Below, in pieces: positions 6,309 through 13,912 of a DNA stretch of 24,000 nucleotides. This stretch comes from Symbiobacteriaceae bacterium. GTDB lineage: Bacteria > Bacillota > Sulfobacillia > Symbiobacteriales > Symbiobacteriaceae. The position numbers and the translations under genes are program-made. The stretch is taken from assembly GCA_036504075.1 (NCBI GenBank), contig DASXVX010000073.1, forward strand, positions 5,985-29,984, in the 5' to 3' direction. The notes below the pieces were generated by a model. That model was not told the DNA's origin. It did not search any database and worked only from the letters and a program-made list of their open reading frames with translations. The first letter of the stretch is position 1, and each line of letters opens with the position of its first letter.

Positions 6309-6533
6309 ATGCTAAAGCGAATCGTCGGGACCCTGGTTTATCCGCCCCACCTGCGGCGCACCGGCTTGATCGCCCTGGCCGTCGGCACCTGGCTGACTGT
6401 TGTGAACCAGGGGGACCTGATCTGGTCCGGGCGATTCCAGCCGACCATGTGGCCCAAGGTCCTACTCAATTACTTGACCCCCTTTGTCGTGGCAAACCTG
6501 GGCCTGCTGTCATCGGCGGGAAAACAGCCATAG
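6309..6533 (+). CDS. NrtS-like small two-TM membrane protein (family annotated as nitrate/nitrite transporter NrtS)
   Basis: MLKRIVGTLVYPPHLRRTGLIALAVGTWLTVVNQGDLIWSGRFQPTMWPKVLLNYLTPFVVANLGLLSSAGKQP. The VGTxLxxxNQGD and YxxPFxVxxxG motifs match my memory of the NrtS family. The start is assigned to ATG 6309, although the nearest RBS-like GGGAG is 13 nt upstream. It ends 31 nt before the GrdB-like 2 start. Confidence 0.6.
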   Translation: MLKRIVGTLVYPPHLRRTGLIALAVGTWLTVVNQGDLIWSGRFQPTMWPKVLLNYLTPFVVANLGLLSSAGKQP

Positions 6534-6564
6534 GCTTGCCACAGGGGCGGCGGAGGAATGGCCC

Positions 6565-7269
6565 ATGAGTCTCAAACAGGGGATTTTTCGTTGGTACACC
6601 GAGTTGGTCACGCCGGGGGCGGCTGAAGTCCCGTTCGTTCGACCGGGGCGTTCGTTGCAGCAAACTACCGTGGCGCTGGTCACTACGGCCGGGGTGCGCC
6701 TGACCGGGCAGGAGCCGTTTGATTGTGAGCACGGCGACCCGACCTTTCGTCCGATTCCCGCCGATGCGGACCTTAGCGCCTTGGTCCCGGACCATACGCA
6801 CTACGATACTGCCGCCCCGCAGGCAGACATCAGCTGCGTCTTTCCCCTGCAAGTGTTGCGGGAACTGGCGGCCGCAGGCGAAATCGGCGGAGTGGCGCCC
6901 GTTCACTTTGGCTTCATGGGTTATATTCCTGACCTGAAGCCGCTGCTGGAACGGTCGATTCCAGAGCTGGTGCAGCGGCTGCAGGCGGCGGGCGCAGGGG
7001 CCGTGCTCCTGTCACCGGGCTGATATATGTGCCATCGGTCCGTTGGACTGATCCAGAGAGGCATCGAAGCCGCCGGCATCCCGACCGTTTCCGTGACACA
7101 TTTACCGCGGGTGACTGCCAAAGTGGGCGTCTCCCGAGCGATCCAGGTACCATGGCCCCTGGGCCAGGCCTGCGGCCCTGCCGGTGAGCAGGAGACCCAC
7201 CGGCTTGTGGTTCGGGCTGCGCTCAGGCTTCTCGCGGAGGCCACTGCCCCCGTTATGGCCCAGTTATAG
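6565..7269 (+). CDS. Short GrdB-like selenoprotein, paralog 2; in-frame UGA (Sec) at 7021-7023
   Basis: Track ORFs 6484..7023 and 7027..7269 share one frame and are separated only by TGA-TAT. Read-through gives ...GAGAVLLSPG-U-YMCHRSVGLIQRGIEAAGIPTVSV..., a U-x-x-C motif at the same aligned position as paralog 1. Likely start is ATG 6565 (MSLKQGIF...) with a GGAGGA RBS 6 nt upstream. Confidence 0.85.
7034..7052 (+). promoter_or_regulatory. SECIS-like recoding hairpin for UGA 7021-7023
   Basis: AUCGGUCC-GUU-GGACUGAU, an 8-bp stem with one G.U, starting 11 nt after the UGA. It has the same architecture as the paralog-1 hairpin. The single stem difference (A to G) keeps pairing as G.U in the sense RNA only. 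Confidence 0.7.
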
Positions 7270-7274
7270 CGTTT

Positions 7275-7306
7275 CCCCGGCAGGCGCCAGGCCTGCCGGG
7301 GTTTTT
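7275..7306 (+). terminator. Rho-independent terminator after GrdB-like 2
   Basis: CCCCGGCAGGC-gccag-GCCTGCCGGGG followed by TTTTT, 5 nt after the TAG at 7267-7269. Confidence 0.85.
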
Positions 7307-7404
7307 GATGTTTCGGCGCCTCTGTATGCTCGCTTACGGAATGGCGGGCGGACCGCCCGGTATCATAAGGATGTACTTCGGAGCGAAGGAAAGGCGGCTG
7401 AGGG

Positions 7405-8652
7405 ATGCGTTATCTATCGTGGCTGCTGGCGGTTGTGGTGATCCTGAGCGGCTGTGCCAAGGGGCCGGCCCCGGTGCCCGTCAAAGCGGCGCCGGCGGAC
7501 CCGGCGACCGCACCCTGGTCGGAGGTAGTGGCACAGGCGAGAGATCACGAGGTTTCCATCTATATGTGGGGCGGCTCGGATTCCATCAATACCTGGATGG
7601 ACACCTACGTCTCTGGGCAGGTGAAAGCCAAGTACGGCGTTACCCTGAAGCGAGTGCCGGTGGCTGCCACCGCCGATGCCATCAACAAGTTGCTGGGCGA
7701 GAAGCAGGCCGGACGCACCACTGGGTCGGCGGACCTGGTCTGGATCAACGGCGAGAACTTCAAGGCGGCCCGGCAGGGCGACCTGCTCTGGGGGCCGTTT
7801 GCAGAGCGGCTGCCCAGCTTTACGGCCTACTACGACACGAAGGCCCCGGACGTCGCTTCAGACTTTGGCTACCCGGTGGAGGGCTATGAGGTTCCCTGGG
7901 GGAAGGCGCAGTTTGTCATGACGTACGACAGCGCCAAGGTGCCCAACCCGCCGAAGAGTTTTGCCGAGCTGGCTGCGTGGGTGAAGGCCCATCCCGGGCG
8001 GTTCACCTACCCGGCTCCGTCCACGGACTTCACCGGCAGCGCCTTCCTGCGCATGGCGCTGTACGAAACCACCGGCGGCTACCAGCACTATCTTGGGGCC
8101 TACGACCAGGCGAAGCTGGAGGCCAAGTGGCAGAAGACCTTCGACTACCTGAACGGCCTGAGGCCGTATCTGTGGCGGCAAGGCACGACCTACCCGGAGA
8201 ACCTGGCGAAGCTGGATCAACTTTACGCCGACGGCGAGGTCTGGATGTCCATGCATTATGATCCCAGCGCCGCTGCCAACCTGATCGCCAAGGGCACCTA
8301 TCCGGCCACGACCCGGACGTTCCTCTTCGACGCAGGCACCATCGCCAATACGCACTTCCTGGCTGTTCCCTTCAATGCTCCCAACAAAGCCGGCGCCATG
8401 GTCGTCGCCGACTTCCTGCTCTCCCCCGAGGCCCAGCTTTCCAAGTTCGACCCGAAGAACTGGGGCGACTTCCCGGCGTTTGATCCGGCCAAGGCGCCTG
8501 CGGGCGTCAAGGACGGCCTGACGAAGATCGACCTGGGGCCGGCGGTTCTGCCCCCCGCCGTATTGGCTCAGCACCGGGTGCCGGAGATCGAGGCAGACTA
8601 CCTGAAGCATCTGCAGGACGGCTGGACCCGGTATGTGGCGCAGGCAAAGTAG
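7405..8652 (+). CDS. ABC transporter substrate-binding lipoprotein, YnjB-like
   Basis: Signal peptide plus lipobox MRYLSWLLAVVVILSGC. Motifs recalled from E. coli YnjB-type binding proteins include ...SADLVWINGENFKAARQGDLLW..., ...RFTYPAPSTDFTGSAFL..., ...LRPYLWRQGTTYP..., ...NTHFLAVPFNAPNKAGAMVVADFLLSPEAQLSKFDPKNWGD... Confidence 0.75.
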   Translation: MRYLSWLLAVVVILSGCAKGPAPVPVKAAPADPATAPWSEVVAQARDHEVSIYMWGGSDSINTWMDTYVSGQVKAKYGVTLKRVPVAATADAINKLLGEKQAGRTTGSADLVWINGENFKAARQGDLLWGPFAERLPSFTAYYDTKAPDVASDFGYPVEGYEVPWGKAQFVMTYDSAKVPNPPKSFAELAAWVKAHPGRFTYPAPSTDFTGSAFLRMALYETTGGYQHYLGAYDQAKLEAKWQKTFDYLNGLRPYLWRQGTTYPENLAKLDQLYADGEVWMSMHYDPSAAANLIAKGTYPATTRTFLFDAGTIANTHFLAVPFNAPNKAGAMVVADFLLSPEAQLSKFDPKNWGDFPAFDPAKAPAGVKDGLTKIDLGPAVLPPAVLAQHRVPEIEADYLKHLQDGWTRYVAQAK

Positions 8653-9499
8653 CCCGTATCTGCTTCTTCTGCCGGCCCTGTTGGTGCTGGGGGTGCTCTT
8701 CCTGGGCGGGCTGGCCGTCGCCTTTGAGCAAAGCCTGGGGGTCATGCCGGCGCTGGGGCGCCTGTCGCCCACCCTGGACTATGTCCGGATCGTTCTGGCC
8801 TCCCGGGAGTTCTGGACCGGTTTCGGCCTGACCGCCTACATTGCGCTGACGGCCACGGTGCTCGCCTGCGCCGCCGGCCTCCTGCTGGCGGTTGGGTTGG
8901 CTGCGGCCGGCTCCCGGAGCGATACCCTGCTGGCCCGGCTGCCGCTGGTGGTGCCCCATACCGTGGCGGCCTACCTGACGATGATCTGGCTCTCACAGTC
9001 TGGATTGCTGGCCCGGCTGGCCTTTCGGGCGGGCCTGATCCGGGAGCCGGGAGGGTTCCCCGCCCTGGTCAACGACCCGTACGGGCTGGGCATCATCCTG
9101 ACCTACGTCTGGAAAGAGGCGCCCTTCGCAGCGCTTATGCTCTATCCGCCGCTGGCGGCGGCGGGCCGGGGTCTGCTGGACGCGGCGGCGACCTTGGGCG
9201 CCGGCCGGCTCCAGCGCTGGCGCCACGTGATCCTGCCGCTGGTGGCGCCGGCGCTGGGCGCGGTGGCACTCATCATCTTCAGCTATACGTTTGGCGCTTA
9301 CGAGGTGCCGTTTCTCCTGGGACAGACTTATCCCCGGACTTTGCCGGTGGCGGCAGTGGAGCGGTTCCTCAGTCCGGATCTGGCCGACCGCCCGGTGGCG
9401 ATGGTCTATAATCTGGTCATCACGCTCATGACCAGTGCGGCGGTCTGGCTCTACCTGGGGCGGTTGGCGCCCCGGCTGGAACGGGGGAAGGGGACATGA
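8633..9499 (+). CDS. ABC transporter permease 1 (YnjC N-half-like)
   Basis: Multi-TM protein. N-terminus ...SSPYLLLLPALLVLGVLFLGGLAV..., typical of binding-protein-dependent permeases, and an EAA-like loop LLDAAATLGAGRLQRWRHVILPL. ATG 8633 overlaps the SBP 3' end by 20 nt. Confidence 0.75.
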   Translation: MWRRQSSPYLLLLPALLVLGVLFLGGLAVAFEQSLGVMPALGRLSPTLDYVRIVLASREFWTGFGLTAYIALTATVLACAAGLLLAVGLAAAGSRSDTLLARLPLVVPHTVAAYLTMIWLSQSGLLARLAFRAGLIREPGGFPALVNDPYGLGIILTYVWKEAPFAALMLYPPLAAAGRGLLDAAATLGAGRLQRWRHVILPLVAPALGAVALIIFSYTFGAYEVPFLLGQTYPRTLPVAAVERFLSPDLADRPVAMVYNLVITLMTSAAVWLYLGRLAPRLERGKGT

Positions 9500-10263
9500 G
9501 ACGGCTCTCGCTCCTCTGGTTCGGATTACCGCTGGTTCCACTGGTGCTCTGGTCGGTGGCCTTCGGCTGGCGATGGCCGGATTTGCTGCCTGCCGCCTGG
9601 AGCTTCCGGGCCTGGCACTACCTGGGGTCGCCGCCGGCAGGGCTGGGACCGGCGGTGGCGGAGAGCCTCTTCATCGCCCTGGCGGTGACGCTGCTGGCGC
9701 TCCTCATCGGGGTGCCGGCCGGCAAAGCACTGGGCACGTGCACCTTCCGGGGCCGGCGGGCGGTGGAGTTCCTCTTCTACCTGCCGATTATGGTGCCGGG
9801 CGCCTCCGCAGCCATGGGGCTGCAGCCCTGGCTGATCCGGCTCGGGCTCACCGACCGGCCGGCCGGGGTGGTGCTGGTCCATCTCATTCCCGCCTTGCCC
9901 TACCTGATTCGGGCCGCGACCGCCGGGTACGCCGCCCTCGACCCGCTGGTGGAGCAGCAGGCCCGGACTCTGGGGGCTACACCCGCTCAGGCCTGGCGGC
10001 TGGTGGTGCTGCCGGCGCTGGCGCCGGCCCTGGCGGCAGGGGCAGGGCTGGTCTTCATCATCTCGCTCAGCCAGTACCTGCTGACCCTGCTGATCGGGGG
10101 CGGGAAGGTCGTCACCCTGCCGCTCCTGCTCTTTCCCTTTATCTCTGGCGGCGACCGGGCCATCGGCGCAGCCCTGAGCCTGGTCTTTACGGTACCCGGG
10201 CTCCTGCTCTTCTGGCTCCTGGATGCGTGGCTGCGGCGCTATCGGCTGGAGGTGAGATTGTGA
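9496..10263 (+). CDS. ABC transporter permease 2 (YnjC C-half-like)
   Basis: Multi-TM protein with EAA-like loop LVEQQARTLGATPAQAWRLVVLPAL. ATGA start/stop overlap with permease 1. Confidence 0.8.
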   Translation: MRRLSLLWFGLPLVPLVLWSVAFGWRWPDLLPAAWSFRAWHYLGSPPAGLGPAVAESLFIALAVTLLALLIGVPAGKALGTCTFRGRRAVEFLFYLPIMVPGASAAMGLQPWLIRLGLTDRPAGVVLVHLIPALPYLIRAATAGYAALDPLVEQQARTLGATPAQAWRLVVLPALAPALAAGAGLVFIISLSQYLLTLLIGGGKVVTLPLLLFPFISGGDRAIGAALSLVFTVPGLLLFWLLDAWLRRYRLEVRL

Positions 10264-11327
10264 GCGACCTTGTGGTGCATGACCTGACGAAGCGCTATGG
10301 CGGCGGGGCCGGGATCGAAGCGATCGACCTCGCGGCGGCCCCCGGCGAACTGCTGGCCCTGGTTGGCCCGTCCGGGTGCGGGAAGAGTACGCTCCTGCGG
10401 ACCATAGCCGGGCTGACGGCCCCGGACCGGGGCCGGGTGCAGGTGGACGGCCGGGACGTGACCGACCTGCCCCCGGAACGGCGGTCCACCGTGATGCTCT
10501 TCCAGCAGCCGCTGCTGTTCCCCCACCTGACGGTGGCAGGAAACGTGGCGTTCAGCCTCCGGCTCCGGGGCGCAGACCGCCGGGAGGCGGCCGCGACGGT
10601 GGCCGGCGCCCTGCGGACCGTGCAGTTGGAGGGGTTGGACCATCGCTATCCGGACCAGCTGTCGGGCGGCCAGCAGCAGCGGGTGGCCCTGGCCCGTGCC
10701 CTGGCGGCGGCCCCGCAGGTGCTGCTCCTGGATGAGCCCTTCAGCGCCCTGGACGCGCCCTTGCGGGCCGAAATGCGGGAACTGCTCCGGCGCTTACAGC
10801 GGCAACGCAGCCTGACCATGCTCTTCGTCACCCACGACCAGGAAGAGGCGTCACTCCTGGGCGACCGCATCGCCGTCATGCAGGCGGGGCGGCTCCGTCA
10901 GATCGGTGCGGCGGCCGACCTTTACGATCGGCCTGCCTCCGAAGTGGTGGCCCGCTTTTTCGGCGGCGCTGCCCTGGTGCCCGGCCGGGTCATCGAGGGC
11001 CAGTGCTTCACCGAGGTCGGCCCCTTCCCGGCGAACGGGGCGACCGGCGGGGACGTGCTGGCGGTCATCCGGGCCGACCAGGTCATCCTGCAGCCGTGGC
11101 GGGCCGGGCAGCCGGAGGCCCGCATCCTGGACGTGCACTTCGCCGGTGGACTCTTGCTGGCGCAGGTGGAGTGTGCCGGTGTCGTGCTCCAGGCACGGCT
11201 GCAGGTCCACCCGGGCTTTGCACTGGCGCCGGGACAGCCGGTCGCCCTGCGCATCCAGGGGCCGGTCTGGTGCCTGAAGGAGGAGGTGGACCGGTGTCCT
11301 TCACCGTTGACGCTGTCCGCGGACTGA
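10260..11327 (+). CDS. ABC transporter ATP-binding protein (YnjD-like)
   Basis: Walker A GPSGCGKST, Q-loop, signature LSGGQQQRVALARAL, Walker B LLLDEPFSALD, H-loop THDQEEA. GTG 10260 (GGAGGTGAG RBS) overlaps the permease stop (GTGA). The upstream 275 codons of track ORF 9435.. are an alternate-frame artefact over the permease gene. Confidence 0.9.
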   Translation: MSDLVVHDLTKRYGGGAGIEAIDLAAAPGELLALVGPSGCGKSTLLRTIAGLTAPDRGRVQVDGRDVTDLPPERRSTVMLFQQPLLFPHLTVAGNVAFSLRLRGADRREAAATVAGALRTVQLEGLDHRYPDQLSGGQQQRVALARALAAAPQVLLLDEPFSALDAPLRAEMRELLRRLQRQRSLTMLFVTHDQEEASLLGDRIAVMQAGRLRQIGAAADLYDRPASEVVARFFGGAALVPGRVIEGQCFTEVGPFPANGATGGDVLAVIRADQVILQPWRAGQPEARILDVHFAGGLLLAQVECAGVVLQARLQVHPGFALAPGQPVALRIQGPVWCLKEEVDRCPSPLTLSAD

Positions 11328-11848
11328 TTCTCCGGTCCGGCCCGCTGGGGCCGCTGATGGCCATCGGGCTTTATGTGCTGCACTCGTTCGTGCCCTTTCC
11401 GGCCCAGATTCTGACCTTTACCATCGGCGCCGTCTACGGCCCGGTGGGTGGCGTGATACTAAGCTGGGTGGCCGCCATGGCGGGCGCCGCCGTCGCCTTC
11501 GGGCTGGCCCGCTGGGGCGGGCGCCCCCTGGCGGAACGGTTCGTGCCCCGAGCCTACCTGGTGAAGTTCGACACCTGGGTGGAACGCTACGGGGTCCGCG
11601 CCTTGCTGGGACTGCGGCTGATTCCTCTGGTCTCCTTCGATCTGATGAACTACGCCGCCGGCCTCAGCCGGGTCCCCTGGTGGACCTTTCTTTGGACCAC
11701 GGGACTGGGCATCCTGCCCATGACCGTCCTGGAAGTAGTGGCCGCCGACCAGCTCAGGCAAGGCAAGTCGGCCGGACTCTGGCTCATCGGCGCGGCGGTG
11801 CTCCTGACGGCGCTCGTCTGGATCTGGAAACGGAGGCGTGAAGCATGA
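11294..11848 (+). CDS. TVP38/TMEM64 (DedA/SNARE-associated, VTT-domain) family membrane protein
   Basis: ...PLGPLMAIGLYVLHSFVPFPAQILTFTIGAVYGPVGGVILSWVAAMAGAAVAFGLARWGGRP...LLGLRLIPLVSFDLMNYAAGLS... The start is assigned to GTG 11294 after AGGAGGAGGTGG, a 34-nt overlap with the ATPase gene. ATG 11357 is an alternative. Confidence 0.7.
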   Translation: MSFTVDAVRGLILRSGPLGPLMAIGLYVLHSFVPFPAQILTFTIGAVYGPVGGVILSWVAAMAGAAVAFGLARWGGRPLAERFVPRAYLVKFDTWVERYGVRALLGLRLIPLVSFDLMNYAAGLSRVPWWTFLWTTGLGILPMTVLEVVAADQLRQGKSAGLWLIGAAVLLTALVWIWKRRREA

Positions 11849-12441
11849 TTGACACGTATCTGCGCAGGTTTGTCCAACCGGTCTTCGACCAGACGGCCGC
11901 CACCATGGACCGGGCGGGTGCGACGCCCAACCAGGTGACGGTAGGCGCCTTCGCTGTCGGGCTGGCAGCCGGCCCGCTGGTGGCCACTGGCCATCCGTTC
12001 TGTGCCACCGGTGTCCTGTGGCTCTCCGGCTTGCTGGACGTAGTGGACGGGTCGCTGGCCCGCCGGACCGGGCGGAGTTCGGCCTGGGGCACGACCATGG
12101 ACATCGTCTTCGACCGGCTGGTGGAAGTCGGGGTCATGCTGGGATTGGCGGCCCGTTATCCCGCAGCGGGGACGGCGATGCTCTGGCTCATGGGCGCCAT
12201 CATCTTCTCCATGACGGTTTTCCTGACGGTGGGCGCCCTGGCCGAGAAGCAGGGAGTCAAGTCGTTCTACTACCAGGCGGGGGTGATGGAGCGGACGGAG
12301 GGGTTCATCCTCTTCTCGGCGATGATGCTGCTGCCAGCCTATCTGGTGCCGCTGACGTGGCTGTTCGTGGCGGTGGAGAGCTTCACCGGGCTCCAGCGGT
12401 TCTACGAGGCGCATCAGATCTTTTCCCGTAATGACATGTGA
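11845..12441 (+). CDS. CDP-alcohol phosphatidyltransferase family membrane protein (YnjF-like)
   Basis: Signature D-G-x2-A-R-x8-G-x3-D-x3-D is present as DVVDGSLARRTGRSSAWGTTMDIVFDRLVE. Multi-TM. ATGA overlap with the preceding gene. Confidence 0.85.
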   Translation: MIDTYLRRFVQPVFDQTAATMDRAGATPNQVTVGAFAVGLAAGPLVATGHPFCATGVLWLSGLLDVVDGSLARRTGRSSAWGTTMDIVFDRLVEVGVMLGLAARYPAAGTAMLWLMGAIIFSMTVFLTVGALAEKQGVKSFYYQAGVMERTEGFILFSAMMLLPAYLVPLTWLFVAVESFTGLQRFYEAHQIFSRNDM

Positions 12442-12459
12442 AAGCTGGAGGTGGTCTTC

Positions 12460-13893
12460 ATGGAACGTTTTGACCTCGCGGTCATCGGCGCCGGCACTGC
12501 CGGCCTGGTGACGGCGGCAGGCGCGGCCGGGCTGGGTGCCCGGGTCGTCCTGATTGAGCGGGACCGCACCGGCGGCGAGTGCCTGTACACCGGCTGCGTG
12601 CCCACCAAGGCGCTGGTCAAGGCCGCCAAAGTGGCGCACACCGTGGCCACGGCGGGCCGCTTCGGCGTCGCCGTGCAGGGCGTGAGGACCGACTATGCCG
12701 GCGCCCGCGCCCACATGCTCGCGACCATCCGGCAGATTGAGCACCACGATTCCCCCGAACGGTTTCGGAGCCTGGGGGTAACGGTCCACAAGGGGACGGC
12801 CCGGTTCATCTCGCCGACCCGGCTGGAGGTGGACGGCGAGCTCCTGGCGGCGAACAAGACGGTGATCGCTACGGGTTCGCGCTCCGTCGCTCCGCCCATC
12901 GAAGGGCTGGCGGCAACCGGTTTCTGGTCCCACGTGGAGGCGCTGGCGGCTGTTCGGCTGCCCCGTTCGGTGATCGTGCTGGGCGCCGGACCGATCGGCC
13001 TGGAGTTTGCCCAGGTCTGGACCCGGTTTGGCGTGCAGGTGACCGTGCTGGAACGCGCCCCACAGATTCTGATCCGGGAGGATGCCGAGGCAGCAGAAAT
13101 GGCCGGGGCGATCCTGGCCGCCGAAGGGGTGGCGCTCGTCACCGGCTTTGAAGCGGTTCGGGCCCACCGCGACGGTACGCAAAAGGTGATCGCGGGCCGG
13201 ACGGCAGATGGCCGGGACCAGGAGTACCGGGCGGACGAGCTGTTCGTGGCCGCCGGCCGCGCGCCGAACCTGGAGGAGCTGAACCTGGAAGCCGCCGGTG
13301 TGGCCTTCGACCGCCGCCGCATCCTGGCGGACGCGTCCCTGCGTACCACCGCCCGCAACATCTGGGGGGTGGGGGATACGGTCGGCCCCTACCTGTTCAC
13401 CCACACGGCGAACTACCAGGGGCGGCTGGTGGTCGGGAATGCGCTCCTGCCGGTCCGCCGGAAGGCTGACTACGGCGTCGTGCCCTGGACGACGTTCCTC
13501 GACCCCGAAATCGCCCATCTGGGCCTGACGGAAGCGGAGGCGAGGGAGCAACACGGCGATGGGGTCAAGGTGTTCCGTTACGCCATGAGCGACCTGGATC
13601 GGGCCATCACCGACGGCGAAGAGCGAGGGTTTGTCAAGGTGATCACCGACCAGCGTGGCCTGATTTTGGGGGCGCACATCGTCGGTCCCCACGCCGGGGA
13701 CCTGATCCATGAACTGGCCCTGGCCAAGCGGGAAGGGATCGGCATCGGTGCCGTCTCCCAGATGATTCACGCCTACCCGACCCTGGCCGAAGGGGTCCAG
13801 CGCGCAGCGGACCAGTACTGGCGCGAGCGGTTGTTTGGTGGCACCAGTCCGGCGGGCCGCTGGCTGAAGCGGGCCGTGCGGCTGTTCAACTAA
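12460..13893 (+). CDS. Class-I flavoprotein pyridine nucleotide-disulfide oxidoreductase (dihydrolipoamide dehydrogenase / mercuric reductase-like)
   Basis: FDLAVIGAGTAGLVTA FAD fold, redox-active GGECLYTGCVPTK (CxxxxC), NAD fold VIVLGAGPIGLEFA, and a C-terminal dimerisation-domain HAYPTLAE motif. ATG 12460 lies 8 nt after GGAGG. The track start, GTG 12451, falls inside the RBS. Confidence 0.85.
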   Translation: MERFDLAVIGAGTAGLVTAAGAAGLGARVVLIERDRTGGECLYTGCVPTKALVKAAKVAHTVATAGRFGVAVQGVRTDYAGARAHMLATIRQIEHHDSPERFRSLGVTVHKGTARFISPTRLEVDGELLAANKTVIATGSRSVAPPIEGLAATGFWSHVEALAAVRLPRSVIVLGAGPIGLEFAQVWTRFGVQVTVLERAPQILIREDAEAAEMAGAILAAEGVALVTGFEAVRAHRDGTQKVIAGRTADGRDQEYRADELFVAAGRAPNLEELNLEAAGVAFDRRRILADASLRTTARNIWGVGDTVGPYLFTHTANYQGRLVVGNALLPVRRKADYGVVPWTTFLDPEIAHLGLTEAEAREQHGDGVKVFRYAMSDLDRAITDGEERGFVKVITDQRGLILGAHIVGPHAGDLIHELALAKREGIGIGAVSQMIHAYPTLAEGVQRAADQYWRERLFGGTSPAGRWLKRAVRLFN

Positions 13894-13912
13894 CCTGGCA
13901 GGCAGTCACCGG

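Noticed and set aside
6263-6568. Alternative frame ORF (MADGTKRTRWECMAGNAKANRRDP...) overlapping the nrtS-like gene; its internal ATG 6299 sits only 3 nt after GGGAG
   Set aside because: The translation is Arg/Pro/Gly-rich with no TM or domain signal. The chosen frame gives a clean two-TM protein with NrtS-like motifs. Residual uncertainty is noted in the feature confidence.
9435-10259. N-terminal 275 codons of the 630-aa ORF 9435..11327, and likewise 20143..20742 of the 745-aa ORF
   Set aside because: These extensions overlap the permease and ycnI genes in another frame and are Gly/Arg/Pro-rich. The true starts (GTG 10260, ATG 20743) have RBSs or signal peptides and match the family N-termini.
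11650-13770. A 706-aa minus-strand ORF, the second-longest in the track
   Set aside because: It is antisense to three well-supported plus-strand genes: TVP38, a CDP-alcohol phosphatidyltransferase and a flavoprotein with clear FAD/NAD/CxxxxC motifs. Its translation is Arg/Gly/Pro/His-rich low-complexity with no recognisable motif. This is a typical high-GC shadow ORF. The same reasoning applies to 7858..8772(-), 8993..9541(-), 15472..16296(-), 15875..16546(-), 17299..18162(-), 18526..19080(-), 19950..20846(-), 12693..13361(-) and 5326..5886(+).
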